DNA of 29,018 bases from a virus (taxonomy: Duplodnaviria; Caudoviricetes): positions 1 through 29,018 of the IMG/VR virus record IMGVR_UViG_3300037069_001175. One strand, written 5' to 3'. Of this stretch, positions 18,230 to 25,393 are shown one piece after another (positions within the stretch are counted from its first letter, which is position 1; every line of letters starts with the position of its first letter). The translations under genes were made by a program, and so were the position numbers. The notes under the pieces were generated by a model. That model did no database searches and was not told where the DNA came from. It saw nothing but the letters and a program-made list of their open reading frames with translations.

Positions 18230-18260
18230 ATTATAACATGTTGGGTCCAAGTGTTGTCAA
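18230..18260 (-). promoter_or_regulatory. Putative leftward promoter
   Basis: TTGACA-N19-TATAAT with extended -10 (TGTTATAAT); the spacer is long. Confidence 0.5.
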
Positions 18261-18267
18261 AATGTAG

Positions 18268-18276
18268 TTTTCCACA
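18268..18276 (+). promoter_or_regulatory. DnaA-box-like 9-mer
   Basis: TTTTCCACA fits TTWTNCACA and abuts the iteron array; a one-mismatch box TGTGGATAG lies at 17961-17969. Confidence 0.35.
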
Positions 18277-18278
18277 GC

Positions 18279-18483
18279 ATGTATACAGTTTCAAACTTTT
18301 TTGCAACAGAGGTCGTATACATGTATACAGTTTGACTTCTTTAATATAAACGCGTCTTTTTTTATGGCTAGCTACCTCTGTTAGCTCTAGGGCTCTGTGT
18401 CAATTATCTATTACATTGCATAGGTGGCAAACTGTATACACTGTATACACATCTGTTATTTTGGGGGGTGTAACTGTATACAT
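18279..18483. repeat. Inverted iteron array, probable replication origin
   Basis: Six GTATAC cores (18281, 18315, 18323, 18434, 18443, 18476): TGTATACAGTT on the left arm, AACTGTATACA on the right arm, dyad centre ~18381. Confidence 0.75.
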
Positions 18484-18538
18484 ATTTCAAAATAACCCCT
18501 AAAAGCATCACAATGTTACACAATATCAATAAATAGTG

Positions 18539-18567
18539 TTGCATTGTGTTGCAATGTGTGATTAACT
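18539..18567 (+). promoter_or_regulatory. Putative early promoter
   Basis: TTGCAT-N17-TTAACT with extended TG and an AT-rich upstream tract; carries the shared GTGTTGCAWTGT motif twice. Confidence 0.5.
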
Positions 18568-18661
18568 AGTATCACTAGCAAGCAAACCACTAGCGCAAAA
18601 TATAGGCGGCAACGGTAGCACATAAATAAGCGAATAAACCTTACAGGAGGTAAAAAGCACA

Positions 18662-18955
18662 ATGAATTATAAAATCACATTCAGTACATACGTCAACGCG
18701 ACGGGTACACATACACCACATAAAACTCTCTTACGTGATCTGGTGGCTATTGCCAACGTCAACCACGTACAGGGGTGGTCATTGACAGATCAGACAGGCT
18801 TTTGGGCCGGTGAACTGGAGGCAAGTCACGCCTTAACGCTACTTGATACGACACCAGAGATAGCACGATCAGTGGCACGACAGATCAAAACGCAATACCA
18901 TCAAGACGCGGTGATACTTGAACCACTACTTAATACAGAGGTGGAGTTTATCTAG
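18662..18955 (+). CDS. SAM lyase-like protein (T3 gp0.3 SAMase type, PII-like fold), putative anti-restriction factor
   Basis: TDQTGFW..ELEAS..ARSVAR..HQDAVIL parallels T3 SAMase TDLTGCY..EEKT..ALNVAR..EQDCVL (recalled from memory); first early gene; SD AGGAGG. Confidence 0.6.
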   Translation: MNYKITFSTYVNATGTHTPHKTLLRDLVAIANVNHVQGWSLTDQTGFWAGELEASHALTLLDTTPEIARSVARQIKTQYHQDAVILEPLLNTEVEFI

Positions 18956-18957
18956 CC

Positions 18958-19101
18958 ATGACTACTATATATTTTGAGGACGGCATAAGCGCAACCGTGA
19001 TCGCTACTTTTACAGATAACGACGCGTACGCCGCTTGTGCTAAAGCGCTTGAGACATGGGCAACTATTAACGGCGGCTATATAACAGAGAGTGAGGCATA
19101 A
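18958..19101 (+). CDS. Small early protein, 47 aa (not in ORF track)
   Basis: MTTIYFEDGISATVIATFTDNDAYAACAKALETWATINGGYITESEA; GGAG SD; starts 2 nt after the previous stop. Confidence 0.65.
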   Translation: MTTIYFEDGISATVIATFTDNDAYAACAKALETWATINGGYITESEA

Positions 19102-19103
19102 CC

Positions 19104-19169
19104 ATGAGTGACAAGCAAGTAAGCAAGTATATAGCGCTAGTATTAACCATTAAAGGGATCGAGGTATAG
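19104..19169 (+). CDS. Micro-ORF, 21 aa
   Basis: MSDKQVSKYIALVLTIKGIEV; GAGG SD; fills the gap exactly. Confidence 0.45.
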   Translation: MSDKQVSKYIALVLTIKGIEV

Positions 19170-19171
19170 TT

Positions 19172-19336
19172 ATGAGTAGCAATGAATTTTTAACACTCTG
19201 TCACGAGTACACTATTTTACCAGAGGTGGCGCTTGATAATGAGGCGGTTGTCTACGCGCTTATGTGGGCCAAAAAAACTACTAACCATGAAACGGCCGTT
19301 GCGATTGTACGTAACGCGCTAGAGGGGAACTTCTAA
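19172..19336 (+). CDS. Small early protein, 54 aa (not in ORF track)
   Basis: MSSNEFLTLCHEYTILPEVALDNEAVVYAL..LEGNF; GAGGT SD. Confidence 0.65.
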   Translation: MSSNEFLTLCHEYTILPEVALDNEAVVYALMWAKKTTNHETAVAIVRNALEGNF

Positions 19337-19338
19337 TT

Positions 19339-19701
19339 ATGAGTAAAATTGATCTATTTAAGTATATCGAGAATAACATCTTACGGCTTGATGCAAGTCA
19401 CCGGGGCGGCGGCATCGAGATTGATGCAACTGATTATCTAGGTTATAACGGTCGCTATGAATTGAAAATGACGGCGTATCAAAACTACCTAGGCGGCGGC
19501 TTAACTGGTCGCATCGAGGGTTCGATCGAGGGCAAGTTGCACGATTATCCAAAGACTATACAAGCCAAAGCATTGAAACTGAATGAGGCACTTAAACGCT
19601 ACTTTTACAATGTCACCAACGATATTATAGGCGACTATGATGAATGGGCCGCTAGTGATAGCTATGAGGCGCAACAGTCACGGCCTACAAGCGCCTATTA
19701 A
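19339..19701 (+). CDS. Hypothetical early protein, 120 aa
   Basis: GAGGGG SD; contains MTAYQNYLGGG. Confidence 0.75.
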   Translation: MSKIDLFKYIENNILRLDASHRGGGIEIDATDYLGYNGRYELKMTAYQNYLGGGLTGRIEGSIEGKLHDYPKTIQAKALKLNEALKRYFYNVTNDIIGDYDEWAASDSYEAQQSRPTSAY

Positions 19702-19746
19702 CCGTAAACCATAATTTAACCGAATAACCACAAGGAGAATTTAACC

Positions 19747-20367
19747 ATGATCTACTACGATACTACCGCAATAGAGGCCGTCAATCGCGGCCAAGATACA
19801 CCAGACGCATTTTACAGAGGTCGCACGTTGATCGCTACAAGTAAATGGGTGGCGACTGATGGGTGGCGCGGCTATACCAAGATTGTACCCGAACAGGGCT
19901 ACAAAGAGATTGAGGCCGACTGGGTGACGGGTGATTGGGACGACGCGCCGTCTGGTAACAGTAGCAGTGAGGTTGAGGCCAAGATCAAAGCGCTTGAGGC
20001 TGAACACGGCGACGTGTATGTGATCTACGCGCCAACCTCTAACGTGTTTAGTACGGCCTACTCTGTGCTAGTCAAAGAAAAAGACGTGGCGCCACTTAAA
20101 GGCAAGACGATCGCGCTTAAAACCAAACGCTATGAATTGCCGGGTGGTGGGTGGCGCGTACAGTACCACGCGACTGACGTGGTGACGTATAACGCTGAAA
20201 CTGACAAGTATACGCTGAACACGGGCGGTTGGGCCACGATGACGACCGCCAAGCGTATGAATGACGCGCTACCGGCTGGTTGGCATGTTTACCGCAAAAA
20301 TTGGGTCATGTACGTACACGTACCGGGCCAAGATGATCGCGAAATTAAAGATGGAATGGAGGTATAA
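19747..20367 (+). CDS. Two-domain hypothetical early protein
   Basis: SD AAGGAG; N-terminal domain WVATDGWRGY..TSNVFST; C-terminal domain YHATDVV..LNTGGWATMTTAKRMN, a recurrent phage early-gene motif. Confidence 0.75.
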   Translation: MIYYDTTAIEAVNRGQDTPDAFYRGRTLIATSKWVATDGWRGYTKIVPEQGYKEIEADWVTGDWDDAPSGNSSSEVEAKIKALEAEHGDVYVIYAPTSNVFSTAYSVLVKEKDVAPLKGKTIALKTKRYELPGGGWRVQYHATDVVTYNAETDKYTLNTGGWATMTTAKRMNDALPAGWHVYRKNWVMYVHVPGQDDREIKDGMEV

Positions 20368-20368
20368 A

Positions 20369-20626
20369 ATGGCATACGATGATGCGCCAAGCGACGAAAT
20401 TTTCGATCAGATTAAGGCGGCGGCCATATCAATATGGCGAACCTATGACAATACTTACGGCTACGCAACCGAGAAGATTGATCGCATCAATGAACTCACG
20501 AATTTTAAGGATAATTGGGGCACGATGGTGGGCATGTTCGATAGCGATAATCAAGCGAGACTATTAGCACTATTAGCATTAAACGATCAGTGGGAAGCAC
20601 TGGAGAAAGTGAGAGAGTGGCTATGA
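20369..20626 (+). CDS. Hypothetical early protein (start corrected to MAYDDAPSD)
   Basis: GGAGGT SD before ATG 20369. Confidence 0.75.
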   Translation: MAYDDAPSDEIFDQIKAAAISIWRTYDNTYGYATEKIDRINELTNFKDNWGTMVGMFDSDNQARLLALLALNDQWEALEKVREWL

Positions 20627-20850
20627 TACAACGATATAAAGTCTGGAAATTGCAAAGGCCGATTGTAACGAATGAGTATTTTCCGACAATCATGGCGTAC
20701 ACTGAGGGGCGTCGAGACGTGGCTATGCTGCCGATGCCGGTAGAGGTGATGGACGAGGTGTTTGGCGACGAGTTGAAGATTTACGTACTAGCGCGGGTAG
20801 TGAACGGTGTATTGAAAATTAAACGGCAAGTACCAGAGGAGGATTGGTAA
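20623..20850 (+). CDS. Hypothetical early protein (start corrected to MIQRYK)
   Basis: ATGA overlap with the previous stop codon. Confidence 0.7.
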   Translation: MIQRYKVWKLQRPIVTNEYFPTIMAYTEGRRDVAMLPMPVEVMDEVFGDELKIYVLARVVNGVLKIKRQVPEEDW

Positions 20851-20851
20851 A

Positions 20852-21076
20852 ATGAGTGAACTATATAACATCATACGATTTTATGAAGCGCCTGATCGAC
20901 GGTCACGCGTTATGCGCCGGGGCCTGACACTTGAGCAAGCACGTAAACATTGCGACGACCCTGAAACGTCCAGCATCAGTGCGGCCAAGCCAAAGGGGTG
21001 CGCGAATGACGAGCGCAAGATCGAGCTGTGGCACGAGAAGCAAAAGCACTGGTTCGATGGCTATACGCCGGCGTAG
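20852..21076 (+). CDS. Conserved-looking small phage protein
   Basis: YNIIRFY..GLTLEQARKHCDDPETSS..WFDGYT; GGAGG SD. Confidence 0.75.
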   Translation: MSELYNIIRFYEAPDRRSRVMRRGLTLEQARKHCDDPETSSISAAKPKGCANDERKIELWHEKQKHWFDGYTPA

Positions 21077-21078
21077 TG

Positions 21079-21107
21079 TTGCAATGTTAGGCATAGTGAA
21101 ATACTAT
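21079..21107 (+). promoter_or_regulatory. Sigma70-type promoter upstream of the helicase unit
   Basis: TTGCAA-N17-TACTAT; carries the AGTGTTGCAATGT motif. Confidence 0.65.
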
Positions 21108-21132
21108 AAAGAGACTAAGGATTGGAGAAAAT

Positions 21133-21282
21133 ATGGACAACTATATTGAAACGAGCAAGAGCAAAATGGAGGCCCCAGCGCGTAAGATCGAGGTTGAGCA
21201 ACGAGGGCTAGCAACAGGGGTGGTCATAGCGGTACGCGTCATTAAAAGGATTAAAATACACGTTCAGTATATCCCCAGCTAG
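21133..21282 (+). CDS. Small basic protein, 49 aa (not in ORF track)
   Basis: GGAG SD; MDNYIETSK..HVQYIPS; directly downstream of the promoter. Confidence 0.5.
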   Translation: MDNYIETSKSKMEAPARKIEVEQRGLATGVVIAVRVIKRIKIHVQYIPS

Positions 21283-21318
21283 CAATATCATCTATAAGCA
21301 TTACAGAAAGGAGCTCTA

Positions 21319-22608
21319 ATGAATTACCCAGAACCGGCCATTAAGCTATACGACTTCCAGACTGAGTACCTACGCGGATTGCCGCACAAGTATATTTTCG
21401 CCGCCGACACTGGTACTGGTAAGACGTACATGGCATTGGCGCACTACGACAAGCACGCCTATCTTAAACCGCTGCTGATCGTGGCGCCGGCCTCTAAGGC
21501 AAACTCAGGCGACTGGGAGCGCGACGTGCAGGAGTACTTCGCCGGCCGCATCTTACCTGAGTATCTGATCGTGAGCTATGAAAAGTTTAGCCGCAAGCCA
21601 ACACCTGAGCAGTACCGTAGTGGCAAGCGGGGCATGTACGATACATGGCTAAGTGAGCACCCTAGCGGCTTCGCGGTGATCTGTGATGAGGTGCACAAGG
21701 CCAAGAACCCTAGCGCCCACGCGGGCCGACGGGTCTACGAGGTGAGTAAGCAAGCCGACTTCTTTTGTGGTCTAAGCGCAACCCCTATGCCAAACGGCTG
21801 GATTGACGCGGTAAACTACCTAAAGATATTTGGGCACGTTAAACACATCACCGAGTTTAAGAAACGCTACTGCAACGTGCAAACTTATAAAGGCTTTCCA
21901 GAGATCGTTGGCTACTACCACGAGGACGAGCTGAAACGATACTGGAATAAGATCGCCAAGCCACTCAGTAAACAGAGCGCGCTAGACTTGCCACCACTGA
22001 CATTTGTAGCAGTGAAACTACCGATCACCAAAGAGTATCACGAGATCGAGCGCAAGCGCATCTTCGGTGATAAGTTCCTTGACAACCCTAGCGCACTGCT
22101 ACACGCGCTTCGACAATCACTGATCGAGCCTAAGTTGAAATGGCTTGACGAGTTCCTGGAGGGCGTGAGCGATAACTGTGTGATCTTTTATAACTACGAG
22201 AGTGAGCGGACGGCGATACTCGAACTATTAAAACGTAAACATAAAGACCGGCAAGTGTTCCGGCAGGACGGAGAAAAGCATGAGGTTCCTAGCAAGGATA
22301 AGTGGGACGGCCTTGTTCGCACTATCACTCTCGCACAATACCAGAGTGGCTCGACTGGCATTGAGCTTACTTATGCGGCTACTACCGTATATTTTAGCCC
22401 AACCTATTCATATCAAGATTACGAGCAATCTATCGGGCGAACAAACCGTAACGGTCAAACTCAAAAAATGACGATGTACCTACTATGTGCACCCACCACA
22501 GTGGAGCGTGACATCTGGGACGCCTTGCGTAATAAGACGAGCTTCCAGTCCGCACAGTGGTATAAAGCCAAGCTAGAGGCCGGAGAGATCAAGGAGGTAG
22601 TGGAATGA
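21319..22608 (+). CDS. SF2 (SNF2-like) DNA helicase
   Basis: Motifs DTGTGKT, ICDEVH, LSATP and QSIGRTNRNGQ; SD AAAGGAG. Confidence 0.92.
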   Translation: MNYPEPAIKLYDFQTEYLRGLPHKYIFAADTGTGKTYMALAHYDKHAYLKPLLIVAPASKANSGDWERDVQEYFAGRILPEYLIVSYEKFSRKPTPEQYRSGKRGMYDTWLSEHPSGFAVICDEVHKAKNPSAHAGRRVYEVSKQADFFCGLSATPMPNGWIDAVNYLKIFGHVKHITEFKKRYCNVQTYKGFPEIVGYYHEDELKRYWNKIAKPLSKQSALDLPPLTFVAVKLPITKEYHEIERKRIFGDKFLDNPSALLHALRQSLIEPKLKWLDEFLEGVSDNCVIFYNYESERTAILELLKRKHKDRQVFRQDGEKHEVPSKDKWDGLVRTITLAQYQSGSTGIELTYAATTVYFSPTYSYQDYEQSIGRTNRNGQTQKMTMYLLCAPTTVERDIWDALRNKTSFQSAQWYKAKLEAGEIKEVVE

Positions 22609-22754
22609 GTAAGTATCTTTATCGAATTATTGTCGAACACAGCAATGGTAGCCTTACTGAAGATTTTGACTATTTGTTTTTTGTGCTACGAGCAGCGAGA
22701 GCGGCCCTAAAGGCTGGCATGAAAGTTACTATAACTAGAGAGGAGGAACTATGA
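22605..22754 (+). CDS. Small protein, 49 aa (not in ORF track)
   Basis: AAGGAGGT SD; ATGA overlaps at both ends. Confidence 0.65.
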   Translation: MSKYLYRIIVEHSNGSLTEDFDYLFFVLRAARAALKAGMKVTITREEEL

Positions 22755-23122
22755 GCCACACACCATCAGACGATGAGGGGTTGAGGGAGGAGATTACTAG
22801 ACTGCGTCGTGAGCGAGATGCTCATCAAATGGATGAGCCGGATTACGTAGATAGTGTCATGGCTCTTATTTCCCAAAAGATTATAGAGGCATTTAGGCAG
22901 GGGCAGCGTGTAGGTCAATATCAGGCAGCAGACAAGCTGTACGGTCATACGACTACTCTGTGGTTGTTCAAAGACGAGCCTACTCACCCAAAAGCTGAGT
23001 GGGCTGAACGCATCAGTGACTTAGTGAAAGATTGTGAGAGATATATGAACCATAATCGAAAAGCCTATGCCAAATATGTCGCCGCCCTCACTACTAAGCA
23101 AGACACAAAGGAGGTGGCATGA
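22751..23122 (+). CDS. Hypothetical helical protein, 123 aa
   Basis: GGAGG SD; ATGA coupling. Confidence 0.7.
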   Translation: MSHTPSDDEGLREEITRLRRERDAHQMDEPDYVDSVMALISQKIIEAFRQGQRVGQYQAADKLYGHTTTLWLFKDEPTHPKAEWAERISDLVKDCERYMNHNRKAYAKYVAALTTKQDTKEVA

Positions 23123-23418
23123 TGATAGAAGTGATCTACGATAACCGACAAACAGGTAAAACTACGAGGCTTATAGACCGGGCTGCTACTGAAGATTTGT
23201 ATATTGTTTGCCCGACGCTACATATGGCACATTCTGTATATGTAATGGCGCGAAGACAGAACAAGATAATTCATATGCCGATAACTTGGGAGCGGTTTCT
23301 CCGCAAAGAGTATTATGACAAAAATATTAAAGGGTTTCTGTTTGATGAACTTGGCATAGCGCTACAAATGCAAACTTCGGTACCGATTAAGGCCATAACT
23401 ATAAGTAGGGAGGGGTAA
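23119..23418 (+). CDS. Minimal P-loop NTPase-like protein, 99 aa
   Basis: Walker A-like RQTGKTT, motif Ia-like IVCPT and Walker B-like FLFDE; SD AAGGAGGT. Confidence 0.6.
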   Translation: MMIEVIYDNRQTGKTTRLIDRAATEDLYIVCPTLHMAHSVYVMARRQNKIIHMPITWERFLRKEYYDKNIKGFLFDELGIALQMQTSVPIKAITISREG

Positions 23419-23489
23419 TGATGAACCCAAACGGTAGCTGCCCTTGCCCACGCTGTCAAGGCTTGGTCGAGGAGGGCATAGACGATTAA
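23418..23489 (+). CDS. Micro-ORF, 23 aa, with CxCxxC
   Basis: MMNPNGSCPCPRCQGLVEEGIDD; GGGAGG SD; TAATG coupling. Confidence 0.35.
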   Translation: MMNPNGSCPCPRCQGLVEEGIDD

Positions 23490-23500
23490 AAAAATAAGTG

Positions 23501-23529
23501 TTGCATTGTTTGGCAGAACGTGCGACAAT
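23501..23529 (+). promoter_or_regulatory. Putative promoter of the recombination module
   Basis: TTGCAT-N17-GACAAT with extended TG and an upstream A-tract; carries the AGTGTTGCATTGT motif. Confidence 0.55.
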
Positions 23530-23552
23530 GAATAACGCAAGGAGACACAGGC

Positions 23553-23618
23553 ATGTTGACGATAATAATCATAATTTGTATAGTCTGCGTCGTCATCTTC
23601 GGCGGTAAGTCGGAGTGA
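23553..23618 (+). CDS. Hydrophobic micropeptide, 21 aa
   Basis: MLTIIIIICIVCVVIFGGKSE; SD AAGGAG 8 nt upstream. Confidence 0.5.
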   Translation: MLTIIIIICIVCVVIFGGKSE

Positions 23619-23655
23619 CACGGCACGTAGACAATAGAAATAAAAGGAGTGTGAA

Positions 23656-23817
23656 ATGGCAAACAAAGTAAAAGACGGTTGGCTTGGAGGCCGTGTAGAC
23701 GGCGATCTCAAAGAGCAAGTTGAGGAATACATCGAAGCTACGGAAATGACCCAAGGCCAACTTATTCGTAAAGCAGTGATTGAGTACATGAAAAATCACC
23801 CGGTACAGGAACAGTAA
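23656..23817 (+). CDS. Ribbon-helix-helix (CopG/Arc-like) DNA-binding protein, 53 aa (not in ORF track)
   Basis: WLGGRVDGDLKEQVEEYIEATEMTQGQLIRKAVIEYM fits the strand-helix-helix pattern; SD AAAGGAG. Confidence 0.7.
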   Translation: MANKVKDGWLGGRVDGDLKEQVEEYIEATEMTQGQLIRKAVIEYMKNHPVQEQ

Positions 23818-23978
23818 TGGGCTGGCTACACAGGCAAATCCAGTCATTCAGACGCCCAACACCACCAGTAGTGGCAACACCAGGTCAGGTGGCGCTAGTG
23901 AACGGAGCCGCCTATCTAGTAACCGCAACCGGTTTACGCCGAATACCCATTTACCCGACCATTAAGAACCATAACTAA
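23817..23978 (+). CDS. Small protein, 53 aa (not in ORF track)
   Basis: TAATG-coupled to the RHH gene; fills the gap to the next SD. Confidence 0.5.
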   Translation: MGWLHRQIQSFRRPTPPVVATPGQVALVNGAAYLVTATGLRRIPIYPTIKNHN

Positions 23979-23989
23979 GGAGATGAACC

Positions 23990-24682
23990 ATGAGTGATAT
24001 AGCAAGTTTAATCAGTAAGAATAAACCCGTCGCACCGAGTAAATTCATTGTGATGGGTGACCCGATGACAGGTAAGACAACTCTTGCCTCCAAAGCACCA
24101 AAGCCCCTATTCCTGAGCACTGATGGCAACGCGGCCAAAGCTGGCCTGCACGCGATCGACGCTACTGACCGACAGGTGTTACTGGAAGCGATCACATTCT
24201 TCGCTAGTAGCGACGAGTACGAGACGCTCGTCATCGACACCATTGAGGGCATTGCGGATATGTTCGAGAAAGTGGTGATAGAACAGTGGAACCAAGAAAC
24301 CGGCCAACAGGCAACTGCGCTGACCGATGTTCCTTATGGGAAACTGACCGGGCAGTTCAACAAGCGTATGGCCGCATTTTCTGAAACGCTGTGGAGCTTG
24401 CCTAAGAATGTTATTGTGCTTACCTATACGAAGCGTCAGGTCGATGACGTGAGCGGTTCGATAATCCTAGCCTCAGAGCTGAAATCAATCAGGCAGTTTA
24501 CTCGCTTTGCCGATGGCCTGATCTTGACCAGCTTCGACGGTGAGAAGTACCGAGCGCACGTAGTAAGTAAGCGGACAGTGATGGCTGGCAACGTGGAGTA
24601 TGGCGATATTGAACCATTCCTACGCGCTGCGGGCTGGGAGCTTCCGAGTAAGAAAGTTAAAGTTGGACAGGCACGTAAATAA
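23990..24682 (+). CDS. AAA_24 / Sak4-like ATPase (single-strand annealing)
   Basis: GDPMTGKTTLAS..PKPLFLSTDGN..TLVIDT; followed by SSB-like and exonuclease genes. Confidence 0.85.
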   Translation: MSDIASLISKNKPVAPSKFIVMGDPMTGKTTLASKAPKPLFLSTDGNAAKAGLHAIDATDRQVLLEAITFFASSDEYETLVIDTIEGIADMFEKVVIEQWNQETGQQATALTDVPYGKLTGQFNKRMAAFSETLWSLPKNVIVLTYTKRQVDDVSGSIILASELKSIRQFTRFADGLILTSFDGEKYRAHVVSKRTVMAGNVEYGDIEPFLRAAGWELPSKKVKVGQARK

Positions 24683-24816
24683 TGAAGAACGATCTGAAAT
24701 TTAGGGAGCGAGCAACTATCGAAATACTACTGTTTATCGTTAGATTGCTTAACCCGACCGGCTACTCACACCAGGTAGACGAATTGAGAAAAACCATATT
24801 AGATGAGGAGAAATAA
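24682..24816 (+). CDS. Small protein, 44 aa (not in ORF track)
   Basis: TAATG-coupled; ends 2 nt before the next ATG. Confidence 0.5.
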   Translation: MKNDLKFRERATIEILLFIVRLLNPTGYSHQVDELRKTILDEEK

Positions 24817-24818
24817 CC

Positions 24819-25388
24819 ATGAAACTAAATGACGACAATAAGGCAGTGAAAGAATTTAGCGAAAGCAACTGGCTCGGTTTTGGCCGACACAAGGTGAAAA
24901 TTGGCTTTATCGAGCAAGGCTTCACGAACGACGACCCTGAGAATGGTAAGGAATTTGTCGAAGTGACAGTGCTTGGCCCGAACGATGAAGAAGATACTGC
25001 CCGCGTGTGGTTTACCACCGATAAGGCTGCTAACTATTCATTCAACGTCCTACGCCAGATTTACGTCCACAATGCCCCAGAAGATAAGAAAGACGCTGCT
25101 CGTGATACGATCGATGCCGTTAAAACTACTGAGGAATTGGTCGAAAAACTGAGTGAGAAGCTGCTCGGTGGTGAGTGCTGGTTTACTAAGTACCCAGACC
25201 CAACTCGCACCTACACCGCCGCTGATGGCACAACCCGTCAGAGTGTGAACAAGAACATCTACGGTTATGAGCCGAAAGAGCGTCCTGACCTCATTCCACA
25301 AGACGGCCAGACGACAATCGATCAAATATTCCCCGGCGCTACTAACGTAAGTGATGATGCCGCTGGCGGTATTCCTAAGAAGTGGTAG
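24819..25388 (+). CDS. Putative phage single-stranded DNA-binding protein (DUF669-like OB fold)
   Basis: N-terminal WLGFGRHKVKI pattern, acidic tail ending in an aromatic residue (IPKKW), position after the Sak4-like gene. Confidence 0.6.
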   Translation: MKLNDDNKAVKEFSESNWLGFGRHKVKIGFIEQGFTNDDPENGKEFVEVTVLGPNDEEDTARVWFTTDKAANYSFNVLRQIYVHNAPEDKKDAARDTIDAVKTTEELVEKLSEKLLGGECWFTKYPDPTRTYTAADGTTRQSVNKNIYGYEPKERPDLIPQDGQTTIDQIFPGATNVSDDAAGGIPKKW

Positions 25389-25393
25389 TCGCT

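Noticed and set aside
18279-18483. TGTATACA repeats as a CRISPR array
   Set aside because: The repeats are 8-14 bp, inverted and unevenly spaced, and no cas genes are present
18605-18619. GGCGGCAAC..GTAG shared with 27502-27516 at the two ends of the rightward arm
   Set aside because: Only 9 bp are identical, which is expected by chance in 29 kb; not supportable as an att site or terminal repeat
17647-18955. Lambda-like cI/cro lysogeny switch
   Set aside because: Only one HTH gene is present, the divergent gene is not a repressor, and no integrase or att site is visible
23119-23418. Terminase large subunit (RQxGKT Walker A)
   Set aside because: It is only 99 aa, has no nuclease domain and lies in the early/middle region
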